Assembly: GCA_951406725.2 (NCBI GenBank)
Contig: OX597815.1
Span: 6,820,001-6,884,000, forward strand
Source: Octopus vulgaris
Lineage: Eukaryota
DNA length: 64,000 nt
Reading direction: 5' to 3'
The notes beneath the pieces were generated by a model. The model ran no database searches, was not told the DNA's origin, and was given only the letters and a program-made list of their open reading frames with translations. The translations under genes were made by a program, and so were the position numbers. Positions within the stretch are counted from its first letter, which is position 1. Every line of letters begins with the position of its first letter. Of this stretch, positions 12,589 to 25,600 are shown piece by piece.

Positions 12589-13716
12589 TAAAATATAATG
12601 GGTATACTCTTTTACTCTTTTACTTGTTTCAGTCATTTGACTGCGGCCATGCTGGAGCACCGCCTTTAATCGAGCAAATCGACCCCGAGACTTATTCTTT
12701 TGTAAGCCCAGTACTTATTCTATCGTTCTCTTTTGCCGAAGCGCTAAGTAACGGGGGACATAAACACACCAGCATCGGTTGTCAAGCAATGCTAGTTTAT
12801 TAAATTTGGAAATTTCTACTGAAGTGGATGCGTAAGTTCGTTCAAAATCGCGCGCATGTGTCTATGTATGAATGTGCCGTGTATAGTGCAAGTGCTAGTG
12901 CACGTGCCTTCGTGCAGTGTATATGCATGTGTTTCTTTGTATATGTGCATATTTGTATATATGCAAGCGAGTGTATGCGCTTTGCGTGCGCGTAAGTGTA
13001 CGTGCGTGTGTATGTGTGTACGTTAATGTGCACGCTTGCATGTTGTTTGCCTATGTGTGTGTGTGTGTGTGTGTATGCACGCCTGTGCATGTTTATTAGT
13101 GTGTGTCTGTGTGTGTGGTCGTCTGCGTAGAGAGGGAAAGAATATGAGAGGAATAGAAAGAAAGAGAAAGAGAGGAGATAGAAATATGGAGAAGGAAGAA
13201 AGAGAAAGGAATTTGCTATCATTAACTTCCCCAAACAAGCATCGAGCGACACAGACGGATTGAAATAATGGAGAGAAAGTGGTGGGGGTCATTAGTAAGT
13301 TATAAGTAGACATAGGCAGAAAGATAAATAGTATAAATAGAAATACAATACAAAGAATTGAATTGACTGGAGAAATAAATAGTGACAATGTAGAAAGAGA
13401 AGATAGGATTAATAAGAGAGGGAAAGATGGCTAGACAGAGACAGAGACATGGACAGTGACAATGAGATAGAGAAGGGGAGAGATGGCTCGCCAGCAGGAT
13501 AAGCAGTTACAATGAGAGAGAGGGGGAGAGAAATGGCTCGCTAGAAAGATAAACAGATACAATAAGAGAGAGAGAGAGAGCGATGGCTCGCTAGAAAGAT
13601 AAACAGTTACAATAAGAGAGAGAGAGAGAGACAGACAGAGAGCGATGGCTCGCCAGCAAGATAAACAGTCACTATAAAAGAGTTACAGAAGTGAAAAACG
13701 ACAGAAAGAAGCGAAC

Positions 13717-13780
13717 ATGGCGACATCAAAACGTAGGGGAAAAATGTCGAAAAAGTCTAAAATTGTCGCAAGAGTTAAAG
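13717..13780 (+). CDS. ZnF candidate first coding exon 1a (MATSKRRGKMSKKSKIVARVK)
   Basis: AACATGG start context. Donor AAG|GTAAAG is phase 1 and joins exon 29013 in frame. Confidence 0.65.
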
Positions 13781-16700
13781 GTAAAGATATAAAAGTTATT
13801 CTTTTTCTGCTTTATTTGAAATTAATATGATCTGTGTTGTAATTGTTTTAAACGGTTCCGCCATAAAAAAAGGTGATAAAATTTTTCAATTTGTTTTTGT
13901 TATTTTCTATATTAAGATAAGAGTTGGATATCAAGATTCTCCTTTTTTTGCTGTATAATGTAATAATTTAACAAATTCATTGCAATAATTTCACTAAATA
14001 TCTCTCAAAATAAATTAATAAAAGCAACGCTTTCACTTTTTACTTTAACCGGAAGCTTCGTTCTGCTAAAGCTTAACACAAAAGCTTTCACTTTTGCCAA
14101 CGCTATTGTATACATATGCTGACATGGCGACAGTTAAACGTAGGGAAAACATGTCGAAAAAGTCCAAAATAGTCGCCAGATTTAAAGGTAAATGTATAAA
14201 AGTTGCATTTTTCTGTCTGTTTTTATTGTCAAATGAAGTTTAGTTGCAAATGTTTGTCGTGTGGCTGTTGTTGTCTCGGTGAGTTGGGACAGTGGCGATG
14301 TCGGCTGCTAGCGACCATGCAAAACAACTTATAAATCTTTATTGTCTCAACTACTTCGCACATTTTACAGCAATTCAATTGAATGAATAACTGTTTAAAA
14401 ACGCGAATGTTTCGTAATTTCTTCAAATTACTCGTATTTACATCAAGCCATAAAAGTTTCGCAGCCAGTAAAGGCGGCAATATCTTCTCTCCGGCATGAC
14501 AGACGATCTAAGATGGCGTCGTCAACATGTTGTTTGGTTGCCGTCGTTGTTTCCTACTTAAGCAGACTTTCCCATCGTTATTTTCCTCAAGCCATCGCTT
14601 TTGTCAGCTCCACTCCATTGTATGAATCTATTTATTAACAGCTATTTACAGTTTATACGGAATAAAGTAATAAAATGGCGATAATACAACAGCAAAGAAG
14701 CTGTTTGTCTAACTTTTCGCTCTTAAACTATATTTGTGTTGTACAAACAACAGCCACGTGTAGTCAGTTTTTCTCGTCATTTAACAGTTTTAAAATCATT
14801 TCAAACATTAGATTTATCCAATTAATCATAGTTTAAAATGACGATATTATAGTTGTTTACTATATATTTATATATATATATATATATGTGATGCGTGTAT
14901 ATGTTGTTTGTTTTTATGTCGTATTATTATTATTGATAAAAACAATTTTACATTAAACCGAAGAATTTCGCAATACTTTTTTATCGAGTAAATATTTAGT
15001 ATGGGGTGATAATATTTATTATACTTTTACAAGCAGAGCAGGGACACTCATTTCGAAATTTCGGCCTAGTCTGATGACAGCTTATAAATCGAAACTTCGA
15101 AGTCACTATCAACCTTTTCGTTGTCAAAATAAATATGTACTCCACTAAAAGTATTGAGTGATCTTTCAGCGAATTATTAACTTGTTTTTTTATCTATACC
15201 ATCAGATAAAAACAATAGTATGTATGTCTGATGTATATATCTGCTGCTTTTAAATAAAGTATATATATATATATATATATAGCAAGAGAAAATTGACGAC
15301 ATACTTATACAGTAACGTTGTCAAAGTATAATTTTCAATCAAATTGTTGTAGAATAAGGCTTTCAGTTGAAGTGAAAAGCTACAATAAATATTAACAGAC
15401 GTTTTCAGACAGTTGCGATTGACCCACAAGTAAAGGACCAGACGACTATTACCAACCCACCATATATATATATTTATATATTTATATATATAGATATATA
15501 TATATATAGTATTTCTTTTTGGTTTTTATTTTATCCAATTTTAAACAATATAATGCAACGGTTTTACTTTGACCGGAAGCTTTGTTCTGCTAAAACTCGG
15601 CTGAAACGGTTTCACATTTGAAGACGCTATTGTACACATATGCTCACGTTCAGCCTTTCTTGTTTGTGTTATACGTCATAGAAAGTTCCTTAAATAATAA
15701 GTAACTCGATGTATTTTCACTAAACAGCTACAATCCTTCATATTCGTTTCTTTCAGATAATACTTTTGTTTTCTTTTTTTCTTCATTTATTTTATTTGAT
15801 CGTTGTTTAATCTTCAGTCGAAGTTCGTCGTAAGACTTCGGCATTCCTGTACAATAGCGTCGGCGACGGCGAAAACGAAACTTTTTTATTTGTGTCAAAT
15901 TTGAGCAGAAGAAAGCTTCCGGCTAAAGTTTAAAAAAAAAAAACAACATCAAAGGTGTCCTTTTACCTAATATAACGTGTAATTCAACAAATTTATTTTC
16001 ACACATGATAACATTTTGAGGTGAATAAAGTTAATAAAATCGATCCCAAGAATGAAAGAGGAAGATAACCTCTGAGATTAAAACCCAAAGCATATCATCA
16101 TCATGTGTTTTAAATTCGGGGTTTTGTGCCCGTTAATAGGGGTGGCTGGGTCTACCTCAATGCATTAGCAACTGAGGTAGGTAGGTGCAGCCCACCCCTA
16201 CCTTTGGATTGGCTGGTGCCCATTCTCCTTTGCTATCATGAGGCTTTTTTGGAACTGGACTTTCTATGGGGAGCATACCCTTGCTTACCTCCCAACCTCA
16301 ATTTCTAGACATGAGTGGTCCTGAGATCAAGGACTCTACCACAATTTTTAAGAAATATGGCGGAAAACTAGCTCAGGAAGGTAGGGACACTACTCCCCGA
16401 AACCCCTTTCGAAGCCCCTTAACTAAAACATAAAGATGTGTAAATGATTGCCAAAAGGCATTTTGTCTGTTTCTTGCCAATTCATCACACACACATTATT
16501 GGTCAGGTATCTGTAAGTCAGGAAAATTGAGTACTTCTATTATAATATTGTTGATTGGTATATTCCTGATCATGACATACAACTGGTCAGAAAGTTACTG
16601 AAGTTTTCATGCCTGCTGTTGCACTTAGCAATATTGACAACTTTTCAAGCTTCTTTTATGCTGGAGGTGAATACACCGTCCCGGTTTGCTCAATGTTGAT

Positions 16701-19700
16701 AAAAAGCAGAATGAAATGAAAAATGTGAAAAATTTTCTGATAAAGACAAAAAAAGTTGTCTCTCTTGGTGCTGTGCCAGCTGTGGGTGAAGTGGGTCAGC
16801 TATGTCTGTGTACTAGTCTCTAGTTCAAAGAAAAAGGCCAACCACATTGCTAAAATAAATTTTCTCTCATGAGGGCAGCCACTGAAAATTTCACTTTTTG
16901 AGATCAAGACAGCACCCAGATAGTGTAAATTTTTTAGAATTATTTTCCTCTCAGCCAAGCAATGCTTGCACCAATTACTTCCATTCAGATCAGGTCATAT
17001 CTTATCATCGTCATCGTCATTTAACGTCCGCTTTCCGTTAAACGACAATGATGATGATGAGATATGACCTATGATGTCCCAGCAGTTTCCTGTTGAATTT
17101 GTCCAGTGTTCCTTTCTCTTTTAAGCACCATGTATCGCTGGTTAATGTTGTAAAATCATACCTCTCTTGGATTCTAAATGGTTTTGTGATCATTTTGACT
17201 GGCCTTAAAGGGAACCCTCTATTACCGCAATGTATTCTGTTGAGATATAGTGAAAACCTGAGCTGAAAGAAATGCTTTTATTACCATTAAGAATCTCAAA
17301 CCTGAGTGCTGCTTGATTAACCCAACTAAACTGGAGATTCACCTGGTGAGTAAACACATATTGAGGAAGATAAGCAATGATATAAGGAAGGAATCACATC
17401 TTTCCTTATAGTGTAACACTAGTGGAGTAGCCAGGATAGAAGCAAAGCAAGGCTCTTGCAGTTCAGTACAGTGGATTTCTATCTCTCCACAATGAAAGGG
17501 TTGTTAAAAAGGACACTTAATTACGATGGTGAGTTCAGTGATGTTAGTGATAGGAAAATAGAGCTAGTAAAGGCTGATGCCAGTATCCCCTGACTAGCTC
17601 CTGTGCCAGTGGCATGTAAAAAGTACCATCGGAACGTGATTGAGGCCAGGACTGCCTGACTCTTGGAGTGGTTGGCATTAGGAAAGGCATCCAGCTGTAG
17701 AAACGTTGCCAGATCAGAACCTGGTGCAGCCTCCTGGCTTGTCAGTCCCCAGTCAAACTGTGCAAACCATAAACGATGATGATGGATGCATGCCAGAAAA
17801 ACCTTGCAGTTCAACAAGGCTTTGGCCTCAATCAGATGAACAGGCCTCAAAAGCTCCTTTGATGTGAAGATGGGAGATGTCTTATGTGCGATCTATTAGG
17901 CTTATTTATACTTGACATTTGCTGGTGAACCAAACAAGAGCTGGCAAGTGACCTACTCTGCTATGGTTGCAAAGCATGGCCATACTTGAGCAGGTTGTGC
18001 AAACATAATGTATGTAGTTCAATTCGCTAGAGACACTGGATGCCTCCATGAAGACCTCCGGGATCTTTTCGGTTTGAACGGCAGTTTTTTAAAATAATTT
18101 CTATGTAACTAAACACTTTTAAACTTCGTATACTGGTAGAATGTGTTTATAAAACATCTTTTTCTCTTGGATTTCTTGAGAAAATTCTATAGTTTGTAAG
18201 ATATTTGTAAGATATTTTCTTCAATTTTGGCAATTTCAACCAATCAGTGATGTCTATTGAGGTGAAAACATTATCTGCTGTAAAATTTTCTGGCAGTGAA
18301 ATATGAAAATGACCCTCGTTTAAGAAACAGATTGGGTTTATTTACATTTCTGAAGAAAAAAAGATACCCTTCCCCCTACCCTTAACCCTAACCCTAAAAC
18401 AGATTGAAATGCAATAGATCGATACTAGGGCCATAATTATGGGTGGACACTAAAGAGGGAACGGTTTTGTTATCCAGCTCTGTTTACAAGTGACCCCTCA
18501 GTTTATGGCCACAGGGTACCTTTTTTTCTCATAAATAACAGGGACAATTTCATATGACATCGGAAATAAATGTTGACACACTACGGCAGAAATCGTTTTC
18601 TCCTCAATAGACGTCATTGATTGGTTGAAATTGCTGAAATGCAAGAAATTAAAGACCAAATATCTTACAAACTATAGAATTTTCTCAAGAAAGCCAAGAG
18701 AAAAAGATGTTTTATAAACACATTCTACCAGTATACGAAGTTAAAAATTTTTTTAGTCACATAGAAATTATTTTAAAAAACTGCCGTTCAAACCAAAAAG
18801 ATCCGACCTCCGTCTTCTAATGTAAGATTGAAATGAATGGCGTGTGCAGGTTCAAAATGTCTGAGAAAGCCCAACCAGATGATGGTGGTACTTGACACTT
18901 AAGTAAGAAATTCCTGCCAACCCTTTTTGTCCTATATTGAGAATACTCTTTAGCCATCTCAAGTGGCTTGAACAGGCATAGCCTTAAGAAAGATCTGACC
19001 CCTTGGACTAACAGTAACCATAGAGACCAACCTTACCGTAGTAAATTTCTTAGATGCAATGCTCAATTTGGGTATTGGTTCATACAGGCCCCACAGCAAA
19101 TCTTATGAGAGGCCTTTGTATCTTGGTAAGTTTGTGAGGCAGCCATGGCTCTTTGCAGCCCTCTAAGATTGGTAGAGAAAAGAAAGACCTTGATAGTCTT
19201 CAACTGGAAACATAATGGAAATGTTTGCAACTGAAGAGACCTGGGTAAAGGTACTTGAGAGGCGTTAAAATGGTTGGCAGATTAACTTCAGTCCATTCAA
19301 GAATTTTCTCTATAGTTACTATTTAGCCATTTTCACTCACAAGGTTTTGTGTTGACTCATTGCTATAGTTAAAGGAAATTGCTCAAGGAGTGAACCATAT
19401 TATTATGAAGCAAAATTCTTGAGCATGAGGATATATTGGTTGAAATAACAATTGCTAGAAATGTACTTGTTCAAGAAAAAAAATCTTTGTATTTCTCAAA
19501 CTTGTGAAAGTAATTTTTTTTTTTCAGGGTTGCAAACCCCAAAGCTTAATGTGGATGAATGGTTTCAACCTTTGTGTGAGAGTACCACAAAAAGTTTCGG
19601 CTTAGTAGCGAATTCAGTGAAAGATTTAACAGACAATGTGTTATTTCTTAGGTCTGTGGCCACTACTTTTTATTAGAAGCCTTCATCATCATCATTGTTT

Positions 19701-22664
19701 AACGTTTTCTTTCCATGCTGGCATGGGTTGGATGGTTTGAGTGAGGACTGGCAAGTCAGTAAGCTGCACCAGGCTCCAATCTGATCTGGCAAGGTTTCTA
19801 CAGCTGGTTGCCCTTCCAACCATTCTGAGAGTGTAGTGGGTGCTTTTAATGTGCCACCGGCATGGGGGCACCGACCAGCACTGGCATCAACCACACTCGA
19901 ATGGTGCTTTTTACATGCCACTAGCATGGGAGCCAGAAGTAGTTTTAGAACTGGGAACTTCTATATTTTCATGGGTTGGTTTTCATTAAAGAATCTGTCA
20001 AAGAATTATGGGACAAGTTCCAAATCTGGAAGAGTGGTGAAGAATTAGCAACAAAAAGCCTGAACAATCTAGGCAGTAGCCTTGCTCAATACTTGGAAGA
20101 AATCCACTCGGAAACTTTATATTGTGTATTTGGAAGAAATAGTGGGTGCTCAAAAGTTGTGATGGGCTGGCAGATACAGAGAGAGAAACCAGGAATGTAA
20201 ATGAACAGGAATGCTGAGCATTGCGGATACTCCCAAAAATAAAGATCAAGAATTGTCCAGATGGAAGATATTCAGAGAGTAGGCTGATCAAAATGTAAAA
20301 TGGAACTATACCAAGTGTGGTATATATATATATATATATATATGTAATCAAAAATAAGCAACAAGAATGAATTCGGTAATTTAGTACAATTGTTTCATAC
20401 TACAACATTTTATTAAAGGCTGTAAATATTACAGCAGATTTAAGCTAATTTTATATAGGTTTTCCAATAATATAAAGTTCTCAGATCAATTAATAACATC
20501 TTAGGGAAGGTAAATATACAGATAAAGATGTAGATATGAATCTCAGGAACATGAGGTAGTGTAGTTAGGATGCCAACCTGACCAAAACTTTGCTCACAAC
20601 TGACTGTTGTTAGAAAATTTCCCTAGTTATAAGAATGGGGGTAAGGGCAGGTTAAGAAATCAAGTTAGTCAAGCTAGAAGAAAAGAAGGGGAAAAAATTC
20701 AGGAGATGTAAAAGACTAACAGATTGTCACTAGAACAAAGGGTCAATCTATTTATGTGGTGACAAAAGATTTAGGTCAGTGTAGAAGAAACACTAAATTC
20801 TTAGGAGACTATGAGGTAGGAGGTCAGCTACTAAACTGACCAACCCTTACTTTCATCTGAAAGCCATCAGAATTTTTAGTAAGAATTTAGGTAAGGGGAT
20901 GTGAAAAAAAGCTGTAAAAGGGGTTTAAGTTAGAGAAAATACATGAAAGGAATTCAAGGTTATCACTAGAGTATATATATATTTACTCATTCCTTCTATC
21001 ATAAAATGAAATGGTTTAGGTTTTGTTTAAAATAAGTTTATAGGTTAATAATTATATTAATTGAAAATATTTGACTTATATTTACTATACAAAATGGCCA
21101 CCCTTTGCTTTCACCGTAGCCCTTCATCTTTTCTCAGCTGAAGTGCAGGACATTGGGGGAAATATATATATCCAAACGTCATTGATTCCAGGCCCACCTG
21201 ACTGGCTCCTGTGCTGGTGGCACTTAAAAATCACTCACTACACTCTCAGAGTGGTTGGCATTACGAAGGGCATCCAGCTGTAGAAACATTGCCAGATCAG
21301 ATTGGAGCCTGGTGCTGCCACTGGCTTTCCAGACCTCTTTCAAACTGTCCAACCCATGCCAGCATGGAAAAACGGACGTTAAATGATGACGATGATGATG
21401 ATGTTGCACCCAGTTGTAGATGAGGTTAACAATATAGAAATCTTTAACTCCATGTTTTCATCATTGTTTTTATACTTTTCCAACCTTATATGGGTTGACA
21501 GAATTCATTGAGAGATTTCTATGGCTGGATGCCATTCTTATCACCAGTCTTCATTTATTCTCAAGTAAGGTAATATTTTCCCTAGTCCAAGCATGTTTCC
21601 ACAGAAAACTGGAAGCGAATAACATTACTTGTATAATGGTGGCACTCACTTGCAACTGTCACATAATGTCAAGACATTGAACATCCAGCAGAGCATGCTG
21701 GCCTCATTCCTCCCTAGCCTTTGCATGTCCTCTGCATTTAGGCCCATATTTCTCAACCATGTAGAATTGCTGTTTGTATGCATGCATCATATGGTCTTCC
21801 TTTCACTAGAGAATAAGTATGTATTTATATGTGTATATATACATATATGTGTGTATGTACAATATTTACATTTGACGGATATTTGTCCTCATCTTGTTTG
21901 TTGTCAACACAGCGTTTCAGCTGATATACCCTCTAGCCTTCATCAGGTGTCTTGGGGAAATTTCGAACCTGGGTTCTCATTCCTAAGGTATTTTTCAATG
22001 TTATTATTATTCAGATCACTGCCTGGAATCGAACTTTGAATCTTGTGGTTAGTAGCCCACGCTCTTAACCACTATGCCATATGCCTGTGGTTTTTTTCTT
22101 CTTCAGAGCTTTCTAGATGTCGGCTACTTACATTAACTACTGCTTTCACAGGTGGGTGACAGACTTTAGTCTTCATTCGCTGACCTTTGAGTTTCATAAG
22201 CTTCATAATCTGGTGTGTCTTCACTATTTCAAATAATAACATCGAAAAATACCTTAGGAATGAGAACCCAGGTTCAAAATTTCCCCAAGACACCTGATGA
22301 AGGCTGGAGAGTATATCAGCCGAAACGTGTTAACAACAAACAAGATGAGGACAAATATCCGTCAAAAGTAAATAATTCCACATCTCTTAGACATCGGACT
22401 GTATGTGTATACATATGTACATAGTCTGTATATATATATTGATTAAACCTCGCCAAGTTAAATATTTAAACCACCTGAAGAATGACTGTAACTCGAAATT
22501 TTAAGAATTAGACAGCCATGAAACAATCGTAGTGTTATATTAATTATCTTTTTTAATAATTTTGATATATATTTAAATAATATAAATTAATTAATCTTAT
22601 GTATTGGCTTAAGTTTTTCATTGTATGATTTGCCTAATAGTGGTTTTATCTCTAATTTAATATA

Positions 22665-22696
<32 letters not shown>

Positions 22697-25600
22697 CTGT
22701 GTATATATATATATGTACCTACGTATGTATATACATATCTACATACGTATATGTGTGTGTGTGTATACATATCTCTTGTCATCTTCATATAATATTCATT
22801 TTCCATGTTGACATGGGTTGAATGGTTTGACAGGAGCTGGCAACCCAGAAAACTCTATCTGCTTCGGCACTGTTTCTATGGTTGGGTACCCTTCCTAACA
22901 TCAACCACTTTACAGGGTGTACTGTGTGTATTTTTGCATGGCACCAGCAGCAGTGGGGTCACCGAATAACTTACAAGGCAAGGTCCTTCAACCGAGGTGG
23001 GTGTGGCACTGAAGGGTAGAAATAGGGGTCTTGCAGTAGAGGCGAGACATGACCACGTCAGGTGGTGAGAGAGAGTAGATAGATAAGATGGTGAAGATGT
23101 GACAGGTAATGTAGCCCTGTGTTTAAGGAAGTGGATCAGGCACTGGAGAGGGTAAGCGGGTGGGTAAGTTCACAAGCTTGTGAAAGGAGAATGGGTTGGT
23201 GGTGGAGAGGGAGGAGGTACTGGGAGGATATGTGGTGTGGAAGAGATTTGTTAGGAACATATTGTGTGCAAGTAGGTTTGTTATGGAGAGTAGGAGATAG
23301 AAGGGAGAGGTGTTGCAAAGGTGGGTTGTTGGGGAGAGGTTTGAACTCCTTCTAGCCTGAATTCTATTTTGTAGATTCTTTTCTGTATGATTGGATAGAA
23401 AGAAAAAAAATATTATTAATCCTACTTTTTAATACTTTTAGTTCTAGAAAATCCCCCAAAATCAAGAGATTCCAAAGATTTCCTTTAAATTGTTTACTTT
23501 TTCTGATAAACTTTTCTCTTTATATTGTCTATTCAAAGGTAGCGAGCTGGCAGAAACGTTAGCACACCGGGCGAAATACTTAGTGGTATTTCGTCTGTCT
23601 TTACGTTCTGAGTTCAAATTCCTCCAAGGTTGACTTTGCCTTTCATCTTTTCAGAGTCGATGAATTAGGTACCGGTTGTGTACTGGGGTCGATCTAATTG
23701 ACTGGTCCCCTCCCCCAAAATTTCAGACCTTGTGGCTAGAGTAGAAAAGAAAATTCATAGTATTTCTGAGGCAGCGAGCTGGCAGAAATGTTAGCACACT
23801 AGGCAAAATACTTAGTGGTATTTCGTCTATCTTTACATTCTGAGTTCAAATTCCACCGAGGTCGACATTGCCTTTCATTCTTTTGGGGTCGATAAATTAG
23901 GTACCAGTTGCATACTGGGGTCAATCTAATCAACTGGCCCTCTTCCCAAAAATTTCGGGCCTTGTGCCTAGAGTAGAAAAGATTATTGTCTATTCAATTT
24001 CTTAATCCTTTGATAATTCTTTTGTAAGAGTACTCAATGACATTTGAACTGATCCATTTACTAGTCTCCCACCATTACTTAGCATTCTTATGTCTCTGTC
24101 AAATTAGCATTCTTATCTGTCTCTGTCAAATGAAATGCTTATTTAATCATATTGTTTTGAATTAATCAGGAATTATCTCAGAGCTTTCGGATTTTGATGG
24201 TGTGATTGCTTATTTTTAGAGTGGCATCATAGGGTTGGTGTGAGAGGCCAGACCAGGCCTATTTGAATGTAAATCATGTAGAACGTTTAGGTTGGATAAG
24301 GCTGGTTTAAAATGGCTAAACTTATTCTGGCTTTTTTGTTTTCTTAAGCCCTTGGATTCATAAGGCTGGTTTACCTGGTTTCCATGATGTATAGATGACC
24401 AAGATCACAACAGTCTCCCTGAACAGGACACCGACTTGATGCAAAGTTCAAACCCCAAAATTTCAGGGGTAGAGGGCAGTCGATTACATTGACCCCTAGT
24501 ACTTGACTACTCTGTTATTTTATTGACCCCCAAAGGGATGAAAAGCAAAGGTGACCTTGGTTGAGTTTGAACTAAGAACATAAAAAGCAGAAGAAATGCT
24601 TCTAAGAATTTTATCCAATGAGCTAATGATCATGACAGCTTGCCACCTTTCTGATGAATTAATGGTCCCTTAATTGAAGGTGCAAGAATATTAAAGATAT
24701 TTAAAGATATACTCTTTTACTTGTTTCAGTCATTTGACTGCGGCCATACTGGAGTACCGCCTTTAATCGAGCAACTCGACCCCGAGACTTATTCTTTTGT
24801 AAGCCCAGTACTTATTCTATCGGTCTCTTTTGCCGAACCGCTAAGTAACGGGGACATAAACACACCAGCATCAGTTGTCAAGCAATGCTAGGGGGACAAA
24901 CACACACACACATATATATATATACATATATACGACAGGCTTCTTTCAGTTTCCATCTACCAAATCCACTCACAAGGCTTTGGTTGGCCCGAGGCTATAG
25001 TAGAAGACACTTGCCCAAGGTGCCACGCAGTGGGACTGAACCCGGAACCATGTGGTTGGTAAACAAGCTACTTACCACACAGCCACGAATTGATTTTGAA
25101 TTTGTTTTGCAAGAATTTTGTTTTCAAACCAAGTGTTGAAACCAATATTGTTATATTTGGGAATTGTTATAATTGATAAAATTTAGAAATACACTCCTCG
25201 GTTGTTGCTTGTCTATATTTCACTTCTTTTTCTTTTTCTTTGAAAACAATTAATGTTCATTTGTGTCCCTCAAAAGACTTTCCACTACAGCAATTTGTTT
25301 TCTCAATGGGTATACTGGGAAAAAAAACAATAAAAAATTCCAAATTCGAGCATTTAAAAGTACAAAATATATACCCATTGAGAAAGGGACCAATTGGTGG
25401 AGGGAAAAATATTTTGGGGGACATAAACATATATCAAATGATTTAGAAAAACAAAGGGAAGTGAAATATAGACAAGCAACAACCGATGAGTGTGTTTATA
25501 GGCTTTATTAATTATCACTCTTCCAAAATACAGCAACATTTTTTTTTAATATTCGATCAACAATATTAAATTTTAGTATTTTTATTGCAGACATTTTTTT

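Larger units (their letters stand above)
13420..16000 (+). promoter_or_regulatory. Putative ZnF promoter / first-exon region
   Basis: Relatively CpG-rich and free of SINEs. ETS-like CCGGAAG at 14049, 15573 and 15916 (-). YY1-like ATGGCG at both start codons and at 14510 and 14672. Confidence 0.55.

Noticed and set aside
18380-18397. Interstitial telomere
   Set aside because: Only two to three units, internal to a MITE.
20378-20490. Partial hammerhead on the - strand (GAAAcaattgTA)
   Set aside because: The 3' half is present, but no intact CUGANGA or matching stem I was found; at most a decayed relic.
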